From assembly GCA_963843145.1 (NCBI GenBank), contig CAWJJC010000017.1, positions 128,001-192,000 on the forward strand: a stretch of DNA of 64,000 bases, given 5' to 3'. Each line of letters begins with the position of its first letter. Within the stretch, counting starts at the first letter, position 1. Below, piece after piece: positions 18,125 to 29,198 of the stretch. The notes under the pieces were generated by a model. It was not told the origin of the DNA, made no database searches, and saw nothing but the letters and a program-made list of their open reading frames with translations. The DNA comes from an uncultured delta proteobacterium. Lineage in GTDB: Bacteria; Desulfobacterota; RBG-13-43-22. A program made the position numbers and the translations under genes.

Positions 18125-20820
18125 TTACTTTTTAGCCTCCTTCATCTGCTTCAGCAACTGCTCCAGGTCTTTCAGGGCCTGCCCATAAGCCGTCCAGTTC
18201 TCCTCCCGCAGGGCCTGTCTGGCCCTCTGCAATTGTTGCCAGGCTAAATCAGGCAAAGGTTTTCCCCCTTCGGATTTAACGACCGCCGCCTCGGGTGTCT
18301 TATCTTCTTTTGCCTTTTTGCCCTCCTGTCCGAAGATCCGGGCCAGGGCTTTGTCGAGGGTCTCTTCCATGGCAATCTGATTTTCATAGGCCACGATGAC
18401 CCGCTTCAATTCCGGGATCTGCCCCGACTCGGCCTTGATATAGAGGGGCTGCACATAGATCAAGGATTCCTCGATAGGGATGACCAGCAGCGTTCCCAAG
18501 GTGACCTTGGAGCCCCGCTGGTCCCACAAAGAGAGCTGGCGGGAGATCTCCGGGTCCTGGTTGATGCGGGACTCGATCTGCTTGGGCCCATAGACCAGAC
18601 GCTGCTTGGGAAAACGGTAGACCACGAATTTGCCGTAATCCGGAAAGTCGCACTTCACCGACATCCAGGCGGCCAGGTTGTCCTTTTTTTGCGGGGTAAA
18701 GGGGATCATCAGGATGAATTCCTCCTTCTTTTCCCTTGGCAGGCGCATGATGGTATAGTACGGCTCCATGTCCTTCTTGCCTGAACGCAAGTTGGTAGGA
18801 ATTTCCCACAGGTCTTCTTTATTATAAAAGGTCTGGGGATTGTTCATGTGGTAGGTGGCGTAGATGTTGGCCTGGAGGTTAAAAAGAAAATGGGGGTAGC
18901 GCAAATGGTTTTTTAGATCCGGGGCCAGGGCCGACAGCGGTTGGAACAACCCCGGGAAGATCCGGGCATACGCCTTAATTAAAGGGTCCTTTTCATCTTT
19001 GATATAATAATGCACGGTGCCTTCGTAAGCGTCCACCACCGCCACGGCCGAGTTGCGGATGTAATTCCCCAGTCGACGAATGGGTCGGGAGTAAGGATAG
19101 TTGTCGGAAACGGTGTAGGCATCGGCGATCCAGTACAACTTACCCTGGGAAACAACCAGATAGGGGTCGCGGTCTACCTGGAGAAACGGTACCACCTTCT
19201 GGACCCGGTTAAAAACGGAACGGGTAAAGAGGATTCGGCTTTCCGGGGTGATATCCGAGGAAAGGATAATTTTAAAAGACCCGAAACGTATGGCCCAAAG
19301 GATCTTTTTAAGAAACCCGCCCATGCGGATGCCGCCTTTTCCTTGATAACTGGCAAAGACGTTCTGATCGCCCGAAGGGTAATTAAATTCCTTTTGCCGG
19401 GTATTGACGATGATGTAATCGTTTTCGATCTCCCCAAAATAGATCTCCGGTTGGGTGACCTGCAGCGTGGTTTTGGAAACCGGGGGAATATCCTGGATCA
19501 GCAGGGCCGGCAACCCCTCCGGAGTCACCTGGTTTACCACCCCCAGGGTCAATCCGTAGCCGTGGGTATAAACCAAGTGCTCATTGATCCAGCCCTTACT
19601 GGGCAGGTCGGCGTAGGACAGTTCCCGAGGAGACAGCAACACCTGACGGTATTCGTTGTTAATCTGATAGCGGTCATTATCCACGGACTGGAACTTATAA
19701 TAGGTCCGGATTTCCTGGAGCTGGCTGAAGGTCTCCAAGAGCGGCTGGTGATCCCAGAGGCGGATGTTTTTAACGGTTAACCGGTTGTCATCGATCAATT
19801 CCGGGGTCAGGGAGGTGGCCGCCGTCAAGGTACGCTCTTCCACCCGATCCAACCCAAAACCCTGCAGGGTCCCTTGAATATAGCGGGCCAGGTAAGGCGT
19901 CTCCTTGTGAATCTCATTGGGGGTGACCACAAAACGCTGGACTATTCCCGGCAGGGCCTGGACGCCGATCAAATAGATCGCGATAAAGGCGGCCAGGACT
20001 CCCGTGAGGATCTTCCCTTTGGTTTGAACATTAATGAAAAAAAGACCAGCCCGGTAAAGGCCGAGATGATCACCATGAGGTTCATGGCCGGCAGGACATA
20101 GTTCTGATCCACAAAACCCGGGCCGAAGACTACTCCCCGGCCGGTAAACAGCATATCATAGCGGGAAAGATAAAAATAAAAGGCCAGGTAAAGAAACAGA
20201 ACTCCCAGAAGGGCCGCCAAATATTTCTTTACCCAGGGTTGAACGCTGAAGCCCTTATCCGAGTACTGAAACTGGAAACGGACAATGATGATCCCCAGCG
20301 CCGCGATGAGACAGAGGAACCACAAACCGCCGAACCACCCGCTCAGGTATTCCCAAAAAGGCAGCCGGAAGAGATAGAAAGAGATATCTTGCTGAAAAAC
20401 CGGATCCTTGGTTCCGACCGGCAGGGCATTCCAAAAAAGTTGCAGGTTTTCCCATTGTCCGGCCGCCGCCATTCCGAATAGGATTCCGATCAAGATGGCC
20501 GCCGGTTTCAAAAAACGCTGTAGTTGTTCTTCCAGCCAGACGGGTATCGTGAAGGGAAACTGACGGGGACCGGCTGAAACCGTCTGGTGGGCCAGCCGAA
20601 AAAGCACCCGACCGTTGGCATAAAAAATCAGCCCTGAAACCACACCCATAACCAAGGCCAACATGAATTTGAAATTTAGCAGGCGGAGGAAAACCGAGGC
20701 ATAGCCCAGGGATTGGAACCAGAGCCATTCGGTATAAAATCCCAGGAGGCTGGAACCAAAAACAAAGAGAAGAAAAATGATTCCAAAAAAAATGAGGGTG
20801 GAACGTTTGCGGGCGGCCAT
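18125..20820 (-). CDS. UPF0182 family membrane protein, split by a 1-nt frameshift in a homopolymer at about 20037-20043
   Basis: TEWLWFQSLGY and DPVFQQDISFYLFRLP in the first ORF; NIRLWD, YTHGYG, NYIRNS and YVQPLY in the second. Adding one T to the T7 run (minus strand) joins them. Confidence 0.9.
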
Positions 20821-20974
20821 GGCTGCTCCTTTTGTTTCCCGGTTGAAAAAGGGTTCGATCGGTTAAGGGATAGCTTAACCTGGATTGAAGGGTCTGTCAA
20901 ATCAAACCCGACCTGTTTTTCAGGTTGACACCACAGCTTTCTTTATGGGAATTAATATGAAAAAGGAGGTTTTT

Positions 20975-22313
20975 ATGATCGCTCGATACACCCGTCCCAT
21001 TATGGAAAAGCTCTGGAACCAGGAAACACGCTATCAAAAATGGCTGGAGGTGGAAATCGCCGCCTGTGAAGCCCTCGCCGGACTGGGCTATATTCCCCCC
21101 AAAGACCTGGCCGCGATCCAAAAAAAGGCCCGCTTCTCCGTGGAACGGATCGAGGCCATCGAGCTGGAAACCAAGCACGACGTCATCGCCTTTCTGACCA
21201 GTGTCGCGGAACACGTGGGACCGGCCAGCCGGCACATCCATTTGGGCTTAACCTCTTCCGATGTGCTGGATACTTCCATGGCCATCCTGTTGAAGGAAGC
21301 CGCGGATATTTTATTGGAAGACCTGAAGGCCTTGCAGGAAGCCATCCGGGAACAGGCCTTCCGCCATAAAAAAACAGTGATGATCGGCCGCTCCCACGGG
21401 ATCCATGCCGAACCCATCACCTTCGGCCTGAAACTGGCCATCTGGTACGACGAAAGCAAACGCAATCAGCGGCGTCTGGAACAGGCCCGGGAATCCATCG
21501 CCGTCGGCAAGATTTCCGGGGCGGTGGGGACCTTCGCCCACATCTCCCCGTCCGTTGAGGCTTATGTCTGTAAAAAACTGGGGCTCAAACCCGCTCCGGC
21601 CTCCAGCCAGATCGTCCAGCGGGACCGCTATGCCGAGTTTTTTTGCGCCCTGGCTATCCTGGCCGGATCCATCGAAAAGATGGCCGTGGAAATCCGACAC
21701 CTCCAACGGACCGAGGTTTTAGAGGCGGAAGAATATTTCTCCAAAGGACAGAAAGGCTCCTCGGCCATGCCCCACAAACGCAATCCCATTGCCTCGGAAA
21801 ACCTGGCCGGCCTGGCCCGACTGATCCGCGGCTATGCCCTGTCGGCCCTGGAAAACCAGCCCCTCTGGCACGAACGGGACATCAGCCATTCCTCGGTGGA
21901 GCGGGTCATCGGCCCCGATGCCACTACCCTCTTGGACTACATGCTGGCCCGCCTGACCGGCCTGATCAAGAACCTGATCGTCTACCCGGAAAACATGAAA
22001 CGCAACCTGGAGATCACCCGGGGCCTGCCCTTCTCCGAAGGGGTGCTCCTGGCCCTGACCCGTAAAGGAATCACCCGTGAGGAAGCCTATAAGGTAGTCC
22101 AGGAAAATGCGATGAAGGTCTGGGCCGGACGAGGGAAACCGCTTTCAGGACCTGCTGGCCGCCGATCCCCGCATTCAGCAATGGTTGAAGCCCAAGGAGC
22201 TGGCCGCCCTCTTTGACCTGGACCACACGTTGAAGAATGTGGATACGATTTTTAAACGAGTGTTTGGGAAGGTAAATAAATATAGCGACCTAAAAGGTGA
22301 ACCTGCCTTTTAA
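20975..22313 (+). CDS. purB: Adenylosuccinate lyase, with a +1 frameshift near 22128
   Basis: RBS AAGGAGGT; MIARY, KHDVIAF, GRSHGIHAEP, SSAMPHKRNP. The normal-looking C-terminus (FQDLLAADP..LFDL..NVDTIFKRVFG) continues in another frame to TAA at 22313. Confidence 0.95.
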
Positions 22314-22364
22314 TAAACTATCTAGCGCGAACTACGAACTGTGAATATGGAAAAGGAGGATTAA

Positions 22365-22988
22365 CTACCAGATATCAGGCTTAAAAATTTTGGTGCCGGG
22401 GATCGGATTAGGCAATTGGGATTGGGCCAACGCCCCCTTCCTTATTCTTTTTATAAAATCAGCATGTCTTAACAATTCTTTCGATGGCCGGTCCACCGGG
22501 GTAAGTATACCTATTATTTTATCCGTTTGCTTTTTGACCAGTCGCAGGGCTTCTGCTAAGTCGCTGTCATTAGAAATGATTACAGCACAATCATAAACAT
22601 CTAGCCAGGCATCATTAAGTAAATGAACGGCCAGATTGACATCCGAGCCCTTTTCTTCCATTTTCTTTACTTTGGCGAATTGAATTGGTTGGGAATTTGC
22701 TAATGGCAGGAAAACAGGGTGGCTAAGGAAATGGCCGAAATAAATCCTAAGTTCCGGGATATGCTTTTCAACGGCCCGCAAGTAAGTCTGTTGACGTAAG
22801 GGTTTCCCAGGGTCTTGCTCCCCAGACACCAGGGCCGTAAAATATTTTATGATCTGAATTTCGTTGCGAGGGCTTAGGAGAAGGGATAGGAGCTTTTTGA
22901 AATCCAGCCATTTATAAGGGGTATCTTTAACCGTTCGGTAGTAAAGATTAAACCCATCGATGTAAATATAGGTTCGAAGTTTTTCCAT
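22365..22988 (-). CDS. NYN domain (PIN-fold) putative ribonuclease
   Basis: YIDGFNLYY, EEKGSDVNLAVHLLND, SNDSDL; the acidic catalytic positions are intact. Confidence 0.92.
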   Translation of the reverse strand: MEKLRTYIYIDGFNLYYRTVKDTPYKWLDFKKLLSLLLSPRNEIQIIKYFTALVSGEQDPGKPLRQQTYLRAVEKHIPELRIYFGHFLSHPVFLPLANSQPIQFAKVKKMEEKGSDVNLAVHLLNDAWLDVYDCAVIISNDSDLAEALRLVKKQTDKIIGILTPVDRPSKELLRHADFIKRIRKGALAQSQLPNPIPGTKIFKPDIW

Positions 22989-23065
22989 AAAAAAGCAGGG
23001 GCCACAAGATGTGGCCCCGCAGCCCAGGTCGAAACCATGGGGGTGGTAAAAACCTTTAATAACCT
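22989..23065 (-). ncRNA. Candidate structured leader / antitoxin RNA upstream of the NYN gene
   Basis: On the minus strand: hairpin CCCATGGT-TTCG-ACCTGGG, then GGGGCCACA-TCT-TGTGGCCCC, then TGCTTTTTT directly abutting the ATG. Confidence 0.5.
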
Positions 23066-23071
23066 GGTAAG

Positions 23072-23101
23072 AAGTTAATCATGGGGGAATTTACTTGTCA
23101 A
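23072..23101 (-). promoter_or_regulatory. Sigma70-type promoter TTGACA-N18-TAACTT for the leader and NYN gene
   Basis: Perfect -35 box at 23101-23096 and a TAnnnT -10 box at 23077-23072. Confidence 0.6.
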
Positions 23102-23443
23102 GGGAAAAGTAATACTCGGCCTCGACCCCAAATTGGTTAATGGGCAACGGTCTCAGCCTCCATCTTTCGCTTCCCCCTTTCCTCGCTATCAGCTGAATTT
23201 CCTCAATCATTCTGGCGAAAAGAGAGATTTTCGGCCAATTCCCTTTTATCTGCTTTTTTACTATCCTCTTGATAACCGTTTAAATCTATTTACTTTTATT
23301 GAAAATTTTGCTTTATTCTCATAATGTCCATAACGAACCCGATCGTTTTTTAGGGTGGGGGAAAAGTCAACCACTTAGGCCGATAATCAAGAAAACTTCC
23401 TTTGCAGAGGAGTGGTAAATCCTCTTATTGATCGCTCAACTAT

Positions 23444-25043
23444 ATGCCTACGTTAGATTGGATTGGTAAGAAAGCGGTTTTAAACCACCACCGGCAGGTT
23501 CCTTATCACCTGCTGCGGTCTGAAGAAGCTTTGTCCGTTGGGGACCCGGACAGCGGAAATTTACTGGTCCAAGGCGACAATCTTTTGGCCCTCAAAGCCC
23601 TGCTCCCCTATTATGCCGGCAAGGTTAAATGTGTCTATATCGATCCCCCTTACAATACAGGCAACGAAAATTGGGTCTATAACGACGCCGTCAATAGTCC
23701 GGAGATGAAGCATTGGCTGGGGAAGGTGGTTGGGGCCGAGGCGGAAGATCTTTCCAGACACGACAAATGGCTATCTATGATGTATCCCCGTCTTTCTCTT
23801 TTGAGGGAATTTTTAACTGAAGACGGGGCCATCTTTATCAGCATTGACGATAACGAAGTCCAGTATCTTCGCTGTATAATGGATGAGATTTTTGGCCCTC
23901 GTAATTTTATTGCCTCAATAATCTGGCAAAAAATATTATTCACCAAAAAACACAGCACGCCATTTTTCTGAAAATCATGATTTTATAATCCTTTATTCAA
24001 AGAATGGAGATATTTGGCGACCCAAATTAATACCTCGAAGGGAACAGCAAAATATTCGATATAAAAATTTAGACGATGATCCAAGAGGGCCCTGGACTTC
24101 TGGTGATGTGTCCGCCCGCAATTTTTATGGTGCCGGGACATATCCAATTACTTGTCCTTCAGGACGACTTATCCCAGGCCCTCCAAAAGGGATGTATTGG
24201 CGAGTCTCTAAAGAAACGTTTGAAAGGTTGGACAATGAAGGGCGAATTTGGTGGGGGAAAAATAGAAACAATATTCCCCGTATCAAGAGATTTCTATCCG
24301 AAGTTAAAGATGGGATCGTACCAGAGACAATTTGGAGCCACGGTGAAGTCGGAAATACTCAAGAGGCAAAGAAAGAATTGTTGGCTATATGTGACTTTGA
24401 AGACTCCAGTGCCGTTTTTATTACCCCCAAACCAACCCGACTGATTCGACGAATCCTGGAAATCGCTACCGACAAAGATTCCCTGGTTTTGGATTCTTTT
24501 GCCGGCAGTGGGACCACAGGCCATGCTGTCTTGGGGTTAAACCAAGATGATGGGGGCAGCCGTCGTTTCATCCTGGTGGAGATGGACCCTTCTATTTGCC
24601 GAAAGGTGACCGCTCAGAGACTTACCCGGGTCATAGAAGGATATAACAATACTCCCGGTATGGGAGGGGGATTCCAATTCTGCTCCCTGGTTGAACCTCT
24701 CTTTGACGAATCCGGAAATATCCGGGAAACTGTCGCCTATCCGGATCTGGCGGCACACGTGTTCTTTGCCGAAACCGGATCCCCCATTCCCAAACCGGCT
24801 CAGGGTAATACCCCCCTTCTTGGTTTTCATAACGGGCAAGCTGTTTATCTTTTGTTTAATGGGGTGATGGGGGACAAGCGACCTCAAAGTGGGAATGTGT
24901 TAACCCGCGAACTCCTTCAAAAACTACCTCCCCATGATGGTCCTATGGTTGTTTATGGGGAGGGCTGCCGGATTGGGGAAAACCGGCTTAAAAGTGAAAG
25001 GATCATCTTCAAACAAATTCCCTACGCTATCAAAGTGAACTGA
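23444..25043 (+). CDS. mod: Type III R-M Mod subunit (beta-class N6-adenine methyltransferase), with a 1-nt frameshift near 23935
   Basis: MPTLDWIGK, GDNLLALK, YIDPPYNTG, HDKWLSMMYPRL; second frame TPKPTRLI, DSFAGSGTTGHAVL. Removing one base restores WQKIYSPKNTARHFSENHD. Confidence 0.92.
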
Positions 25044-25045
25044 AT

Positions 25046-27646
25046 ATGCTCCCCCTTCGGGAATATCAAAAACGAAGTCTCGATGCCTTACAATCCTATC
25101 TGAGTTTGGTCACCCAAGATGGGGCAAAAAGGGCCTATGTGATCCAAACCGAAAGGCCTTACCGATCCGTTCCCCAACTCCCGGAACTCCCCTACGTCTG
25201 TCTGCGGGTGCCAACCGGCGGGGGCAAGACCTTGATGGCCTGCCATGCGCTGGGAATGGTCGCCAAGACTTACTTGCAAAGAGAAAAAACTATCTGCCTG
25301 TGGTTGGTCCCCTCCAGTGCCATTCGCGAACAGACTCTAGTGGCCTTACGCAACCGTGAGCATCCCTACCGACAGGTTATCGATGATCAATTCGATGGTC
25401 TGGTCAGGGTGATGGATATCACCGAGGCCCTTTATGTCCAAAGGAACTCCCTCGAAGACGAGACCGTTATCATTATTTCCACCCTAGCCGCTCTCCGGGT
25501 GGAGGATACGGAGGGGAGGAAGGTTTACGAGGATTCCGGTGCTCTTCAGCATCATTTTTTCGGCCTATCCAGGAAATTGAAGGACCTGATCGAAAAGAGA
25601 GAAGACGGGACCATCCCCCATTCTCTCTCCAATGTCCTCAGGCTTTGGAGACCCATTGTGATCATGGATGAAGCCCACAACGCCCGCACCCCCCTGTCTT
25701 TTTATACCCTGGCCCGTTTTAACCCATCTTGCATCATAGAATTCACGGCTACTCCCGAAACGTCACATAACCCGGAAAAAAATCTATTTGCCAGTAATGT
25801 CCTGCATCACGTCTCGGCCGCCGAACTGAAGGCCGAGGAAATGATTAAACTTCCCATCAAGCTGCGGACTCATGAAGACTGGCAGGAGGTTATTGCCGAA
25901 GCCCTTCAGATGCAGCAAAGTTTAGAGAAGGCGGCCGGATCCGAAGAAAAAATTTCCGGCGAATACATACGGCCCATTATCCTCTTCCAGGCCCAGCCAA
26001 AAAATCACGACAAACCAACACTGACCGTGGAGGTCGTCAAGAAAACCCTGATCGAGGATTTTAAAATTTCTGAAGAGGAGATCGCTATTGCCACCGGTCA
26101 AACCCATGGAATTGACAACGTGGATATCTTCGCTCGGGATTGTCCCATCCGCTACATTATTACCGTCTATGCTTTGAAAGAAGGGTGGGACTGTTCCTAT
26201 GCCTATATCCTCTGCTCGTTGGCCGAAATGGGTTCATCTCGGGCAGTCGAACAGATTTTGGGAAGGATCCTGCGGCTTCCAGGAGCCAAAAGAAAAACTC
26301 GAGATCCTTTGAATTGGGCTTACGCTTTTGTGGCTTCACCAAAATTTCTAGAGGCAGCCAATTCTTTAAAAGATGCTTTGATTGAGAACGGCTTTCAGAA
26401 AATGGAGGCCATGGACTTCATTAAACCCTTTGAACAGGTCCCTATTTCCATCCGTGGTCCTTTGTTCGAACAGGTTTCGTGCTCGCCGGATTTTGCCAAG
26501 CTCCCCCCCACCCTTGAAAAGACCCTTACCTATGAGCAAAGCACCGGCAGGCTGGTTTTGGGAGGAGACCTTTCTTTTCGGGAAAAGCAGGCTTTAATTA
26601 AATCCTATGACCTCCCGGAAGATAAAGCGGCTGTCGAACGGCTTTATCAGGCCGTCCAAGGTGCACGGGTAGAAAAAGACACGACTCTCGCGACCAAGGA
26701 TTCCTTTCAGGTCCCCTTGATGGCCGTACGGTTTGGCGACCAGGTGGAATTATTTGAAGAAAATCATTTTCTTGATGTTCACTGGAATCTGGCCGAATTA
26801 AACCCTACGCTGTCGGAAGAAGAATTTCCATCTAAAAAGCTGTCCGGGGCCACTGGACAAGTGGATGTGGACGATAAGGGGATCATTGCGGTTCAATTTG
26901 TTCATCAAATACAGGAGCAAATAAGCTGGCTAACCAGTGAAGCCGGTTGGACTATGCCCGCCTTGGCCAACTGGATCGACCATCAAATCTACCATCCGGA
27001 CATCACCCAGGCCTATTCCAGTCTTTTTATCCATAAATCAATCGAAAATCTGATCGAAAAACGGGGGCTGACTATTGAACAATTGGCCCGGGAAAAATTC
27101 CGCCTTCGGAACGCCATAACCGCCAAGATTCAAGAATATCGCCTCGCCCAGCATAGAAAGGCTTATCAGCAGGCATTGTTCGGCTCTGAGGCTTTACCAG
27201 TCCAGGTCGGTCCCGGATTGATCCTCCCCTTATCCGAGGAAGACTATTCCCCAAATTGGTATTACGAAGGATCATTTGAATTCCAAAAGCATTATTTCAA
27301 GCGTATCGGAGAACTCCGATCCGAAGGGGAAGAATTTGAGTGCGCGGTGTTTTTGGACAGTCTCTCCCATATCAAATATTGGGTGCGGAATTTAGAACGA
27401 CGCAAAGATACCTCTTTTTGGCTGCAGACCGCTTCCGACCGTTTCTATCCAGACTTCCTTGCCCTCCTGGAAGACGGCCGAATTCTGGCCTTGGAATATA
27501 AGGGAGAACACCTTTGGAGCAACGACGACTCAAAAGAAAAGAGGGCGGTCGGCGAGCTCTGGGCGGAAAGAAGTGGGGGAAAATGTCTGTTTGTGATGAC
27601 CAAGGGGAAAAACTGGGAAACAGCCGTTGGAGGTTTAGGCACCTAG
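25046..27646 (+). CDS. res: Type III R-M Res subunit (SF2 helicase plus PD-(D/E)xK nuclease)
   Basis: VPTGGGKT, MDEAHN, TATP, LKEGWDC, QILGRILR, FYPDF..LEYKG; begins 2 nt after the mod stop. Confidence 0.92.
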   Translation: MLPLREYQKRSLDALQSYLSLVTQDGAKRAYVIQTERPYRSVPQLPELPYVCLRVPTGGGKTLMACHALGMVAKTYLQREKTICLWLVPSSAIREQTLVALRNREHPYRQVIDDQFDGLVRVMDITEALYVQRNSLEDETVIIISTLAALRVEDTEGRKVYEDSGALQHHFFGLSRKLKDLIEKREDGTIPHSLSNVLRLWRPIVIMDEAHNARTPLSFYTLARFNPSCIIEFTATPETSHNPEKNLFASNVLHHVSAAELKAEEMIKLPIKLRTHEDWQEVIAEALQMQQSLEKAAGSEEKISGEYIRPIILFQAQPKNHDKPTLTVEVVKKTLIEDFKISEEEIAIATGQTHGIDNVDIFARDCPIRYIITVYALKEGWDCSYAYILCSLAEMGSSRAVEQILGRILRLPGAKRKTRDPLNWAYAFVASPKFLEAANSLKDALIENGFQKMEAMDFIKPFEQVPISIRGPLFEQVSCSPDFAKLPPTLEKTLTYEQSTGRLVLGGDLSFREKQALIKSYDLPEDKAAVERLYQAVQGARVEKDTTLATKDSFQVPLMAVRFGDQVELFEENHFLDVHWNLAELNPTLSEEEFPSKKLSGATGQVDVDDKGIIAVQFVHQIQEQISWLTSEAGWTMPALANWIDHQIYHPDITQAYSSLFIHKSIENLIEKRGLTIEQLAREKFRLRNAITAKIQEYRLAQHRKAYQQALFGSEALPVQVGPGLILPLSEEDYSPNWYYEGSFEFQKHYFKRIGELRSEGEEFECAVFLDSLSHIKYWVRNLERRKDTSFWLQTASDRFYPDFLALLEDGRILALEYKGEHLWSNDDSKEKRAVGELWAERSGGKCLFVMTKGKNWETAVGGLGT

Positions 27647-27763
27647 GCCGATTTCTTCGATAATTGGGAGGGGGATAGAGTCTATCTCTAAATGGACCTT
27701 AAACTTGATTGTCCATCCTATGCGAAGGCCGGATTGTTTGAATTCAGTTAGTAAACAATTTTA

Positions 27764-27793
27764 TTGCAATAGTAGTATCGAATCTGATATCAT
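27764..27793 (+). promoter_or_regulatory. hicA promoter TTGCAA-N18-TATCAT (extended -10) with an overlapping imperfect palindrome TAGTATC-N6-GATATCA
   Basis: Boxes read directly; the palindrome position would suit antitoxin autorepression. Confidence 0.5.
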
Positions 27794-27817
27794 TTCAATT
27801 TAAGGTTCTCCATTAAT

Positions 27818-28090
27818 ATGTCGAAAATTAAAAAAGGGATAAGTCCAAAAGATCTATTATTAGACCTGAAAACTCCGTTAATGTGGAGGGATTTTAAAAA
27901 AATATTAAACAATTATGGATTTGAATGCGAAAACAAAAAGGGTTCAATTCGCGTTTTTGTCCATAACGACGGGGTTCTGTTTAACGCTCATGAACCCCAT
28001 GGCCGAGAAAAAACTACTCACCATTTAGACAGAAAAAAAGCCTGGGAGGCTATTGAGCGGGTGGAGGAATCGAATGAAGAAAGATATTAA
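27818..28090 (+). CDS. hicA: HicA-family toxin
   Basis: 90 aa, basic; WRDFKKILNNYGF..KGSIRVF..HEPH; overlaps hicB by 17 nt. Confidence 0.8.
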   Translation: MSKIKKGISPKDLLLDLKTPLMWRDFKKILNNYGFECENKKGSIRVFVHNDGVLFNAHEPHGREKTTHHLDRKKAWEAIERVEESNEERY

Positions 28091-28577
28091 ATACTACATA
28101 GGGTTAAATTATCCGGTAACCCTTGAAAAAAATCCGGAAGGGGGATTCTCCATTGAAATTCCAGACCTTCCAGGGTGCCATGCTTATGGAAAAACCCTTA
28201 AAGAGGCATGGGAAAGACTCCAAAAAGCAAAAGAAGCATGGATAAGTGTAAGCATAGAAAAAGGGTTTCCAATCGAAGAACCCGTTGAAAATCAATTCAG
28301 CGGAAAATTACTATTAAGAATACCTCCAAAATTGCATGCTAAATTAGCTAAAGGGGCAAAAAGAAATCGCGTCAGTCTCAACAGATATATGCAAACCAAA
28401 TTGGAAGATGAGAACAACATCGGTTTGTTTGAAAAAAAGTTTGATTATATTGTTAACAAACTTAATATGTTAGAAGAAAGAATTGTCGATCTTTCCTCAA
28501 AAAGAGATAAGACCGAAGGTATCCCAACAACTACTTCAAGTAGCATTGAGGACTTTGCACCAAAATATATAAATTAG
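28074..28577 (+). CDS. hicB: HicB-family antitoxin with an RHH domain and a C-terminal extension of about 55 aa
   Basis: YPVTL..EIPDLPGCHAYGKTLKEA..IEEP, FSGKLLLRIPPKLHAKL..VSLNRY, then a coiled-coil/low-complexity tail. Confidence 0.9.
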   Translation: MKKDIKYYIGLNYPVTLEKNPEGGFSIEIPDLPGCHAYGKTLKEAWERLQKAKEAWISVSIEKGFPIEEPVENQFSGKLLLRIPPKLHAKLAKGAKRNRVSLNRYMQTKLEDENNIGLFEKKFDYIVNKLNMLEERIVDLSSKRDKTEGIPTTTSSSIEDFAPKYIN

Positions 28578-28595
28578 AAATTAAAGGGGAAAAAA

Positions 28596-29021
28596 ATGTC
28601 CGAAATATCAATGGCATTCAGGAAAAAAATCGGCGAGGAATTAAAATTTATTGCCGGTAAAATTAGTGAAGACACCACGGAAAGGGAAAAATCTTATTAT
28701 TTAAGCGGGGTAGCTTCGTTAATGAACCGTATTTTTAACCTTGAATTTAGTAAAGAATTGGTCGTGCTCCATTTTCTTTTCCAGGCAATGCATGGGATCC
28801 TTGACCAACTAATTTTAAAAATTGAACAACGTGCCGAAAAAACAATAATTATCCCGGAAGATTTTTTTCCCCAGTTATCGAAATTATTGCAAGAACTTGC
28901 CCTCGATATAGAAAAGAAAAAGGATCTATACGAAATTGTTCAAAAGATTGCAACATTTAGTTACGTCCTAACCGGAAACGGATATTATTTATATAAAAGA
29001 AACGTTTTATCGTTGTCTTAA
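28596..29021 (+). CDS. All-alpha hypothetical protein, third gene of the hicAB operon
   Basis: 141 aa; 18 nt after the hicB stop with SD-like AAGGGG; C-terminal TGNGYYLY; same low GC as hicAB. Confidence 0.75.
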   Translation: MSEISMAFRKKIGEELKFIAGKISEDTTEREKSYYLSGVASLMNRIFNLEFSKELVVLHFLFQAMHGILDQLILKIEQRAEKTIIIPEDFFPQLSKLLQELALDIEKKKDLYEIVQKIATFSYVLTGNGYYLYKRNVLSLS

Positions 29022-29198
29022 GGGGATATTTAGTATTTTTAATGCATAAGCCTTCAATGGCCATCAGACACATGATCCATTTCGAGCCCTGATAACATAC
29101 GGCCTACCTTTTTGATATACGGGATTCAAAGGTTCAATGGACAGGGTTCGGGTGTATCCCCTCCTGAACCACAGCCGGGGTGAGTAAGGAGAGTTGGG

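Noticed and set aside
20975-22313. purB as a pseudogene or programmed frameshift
   Set aside because: One extra base, an intact downstream frame and no slippery site; sequencing error is simpler.
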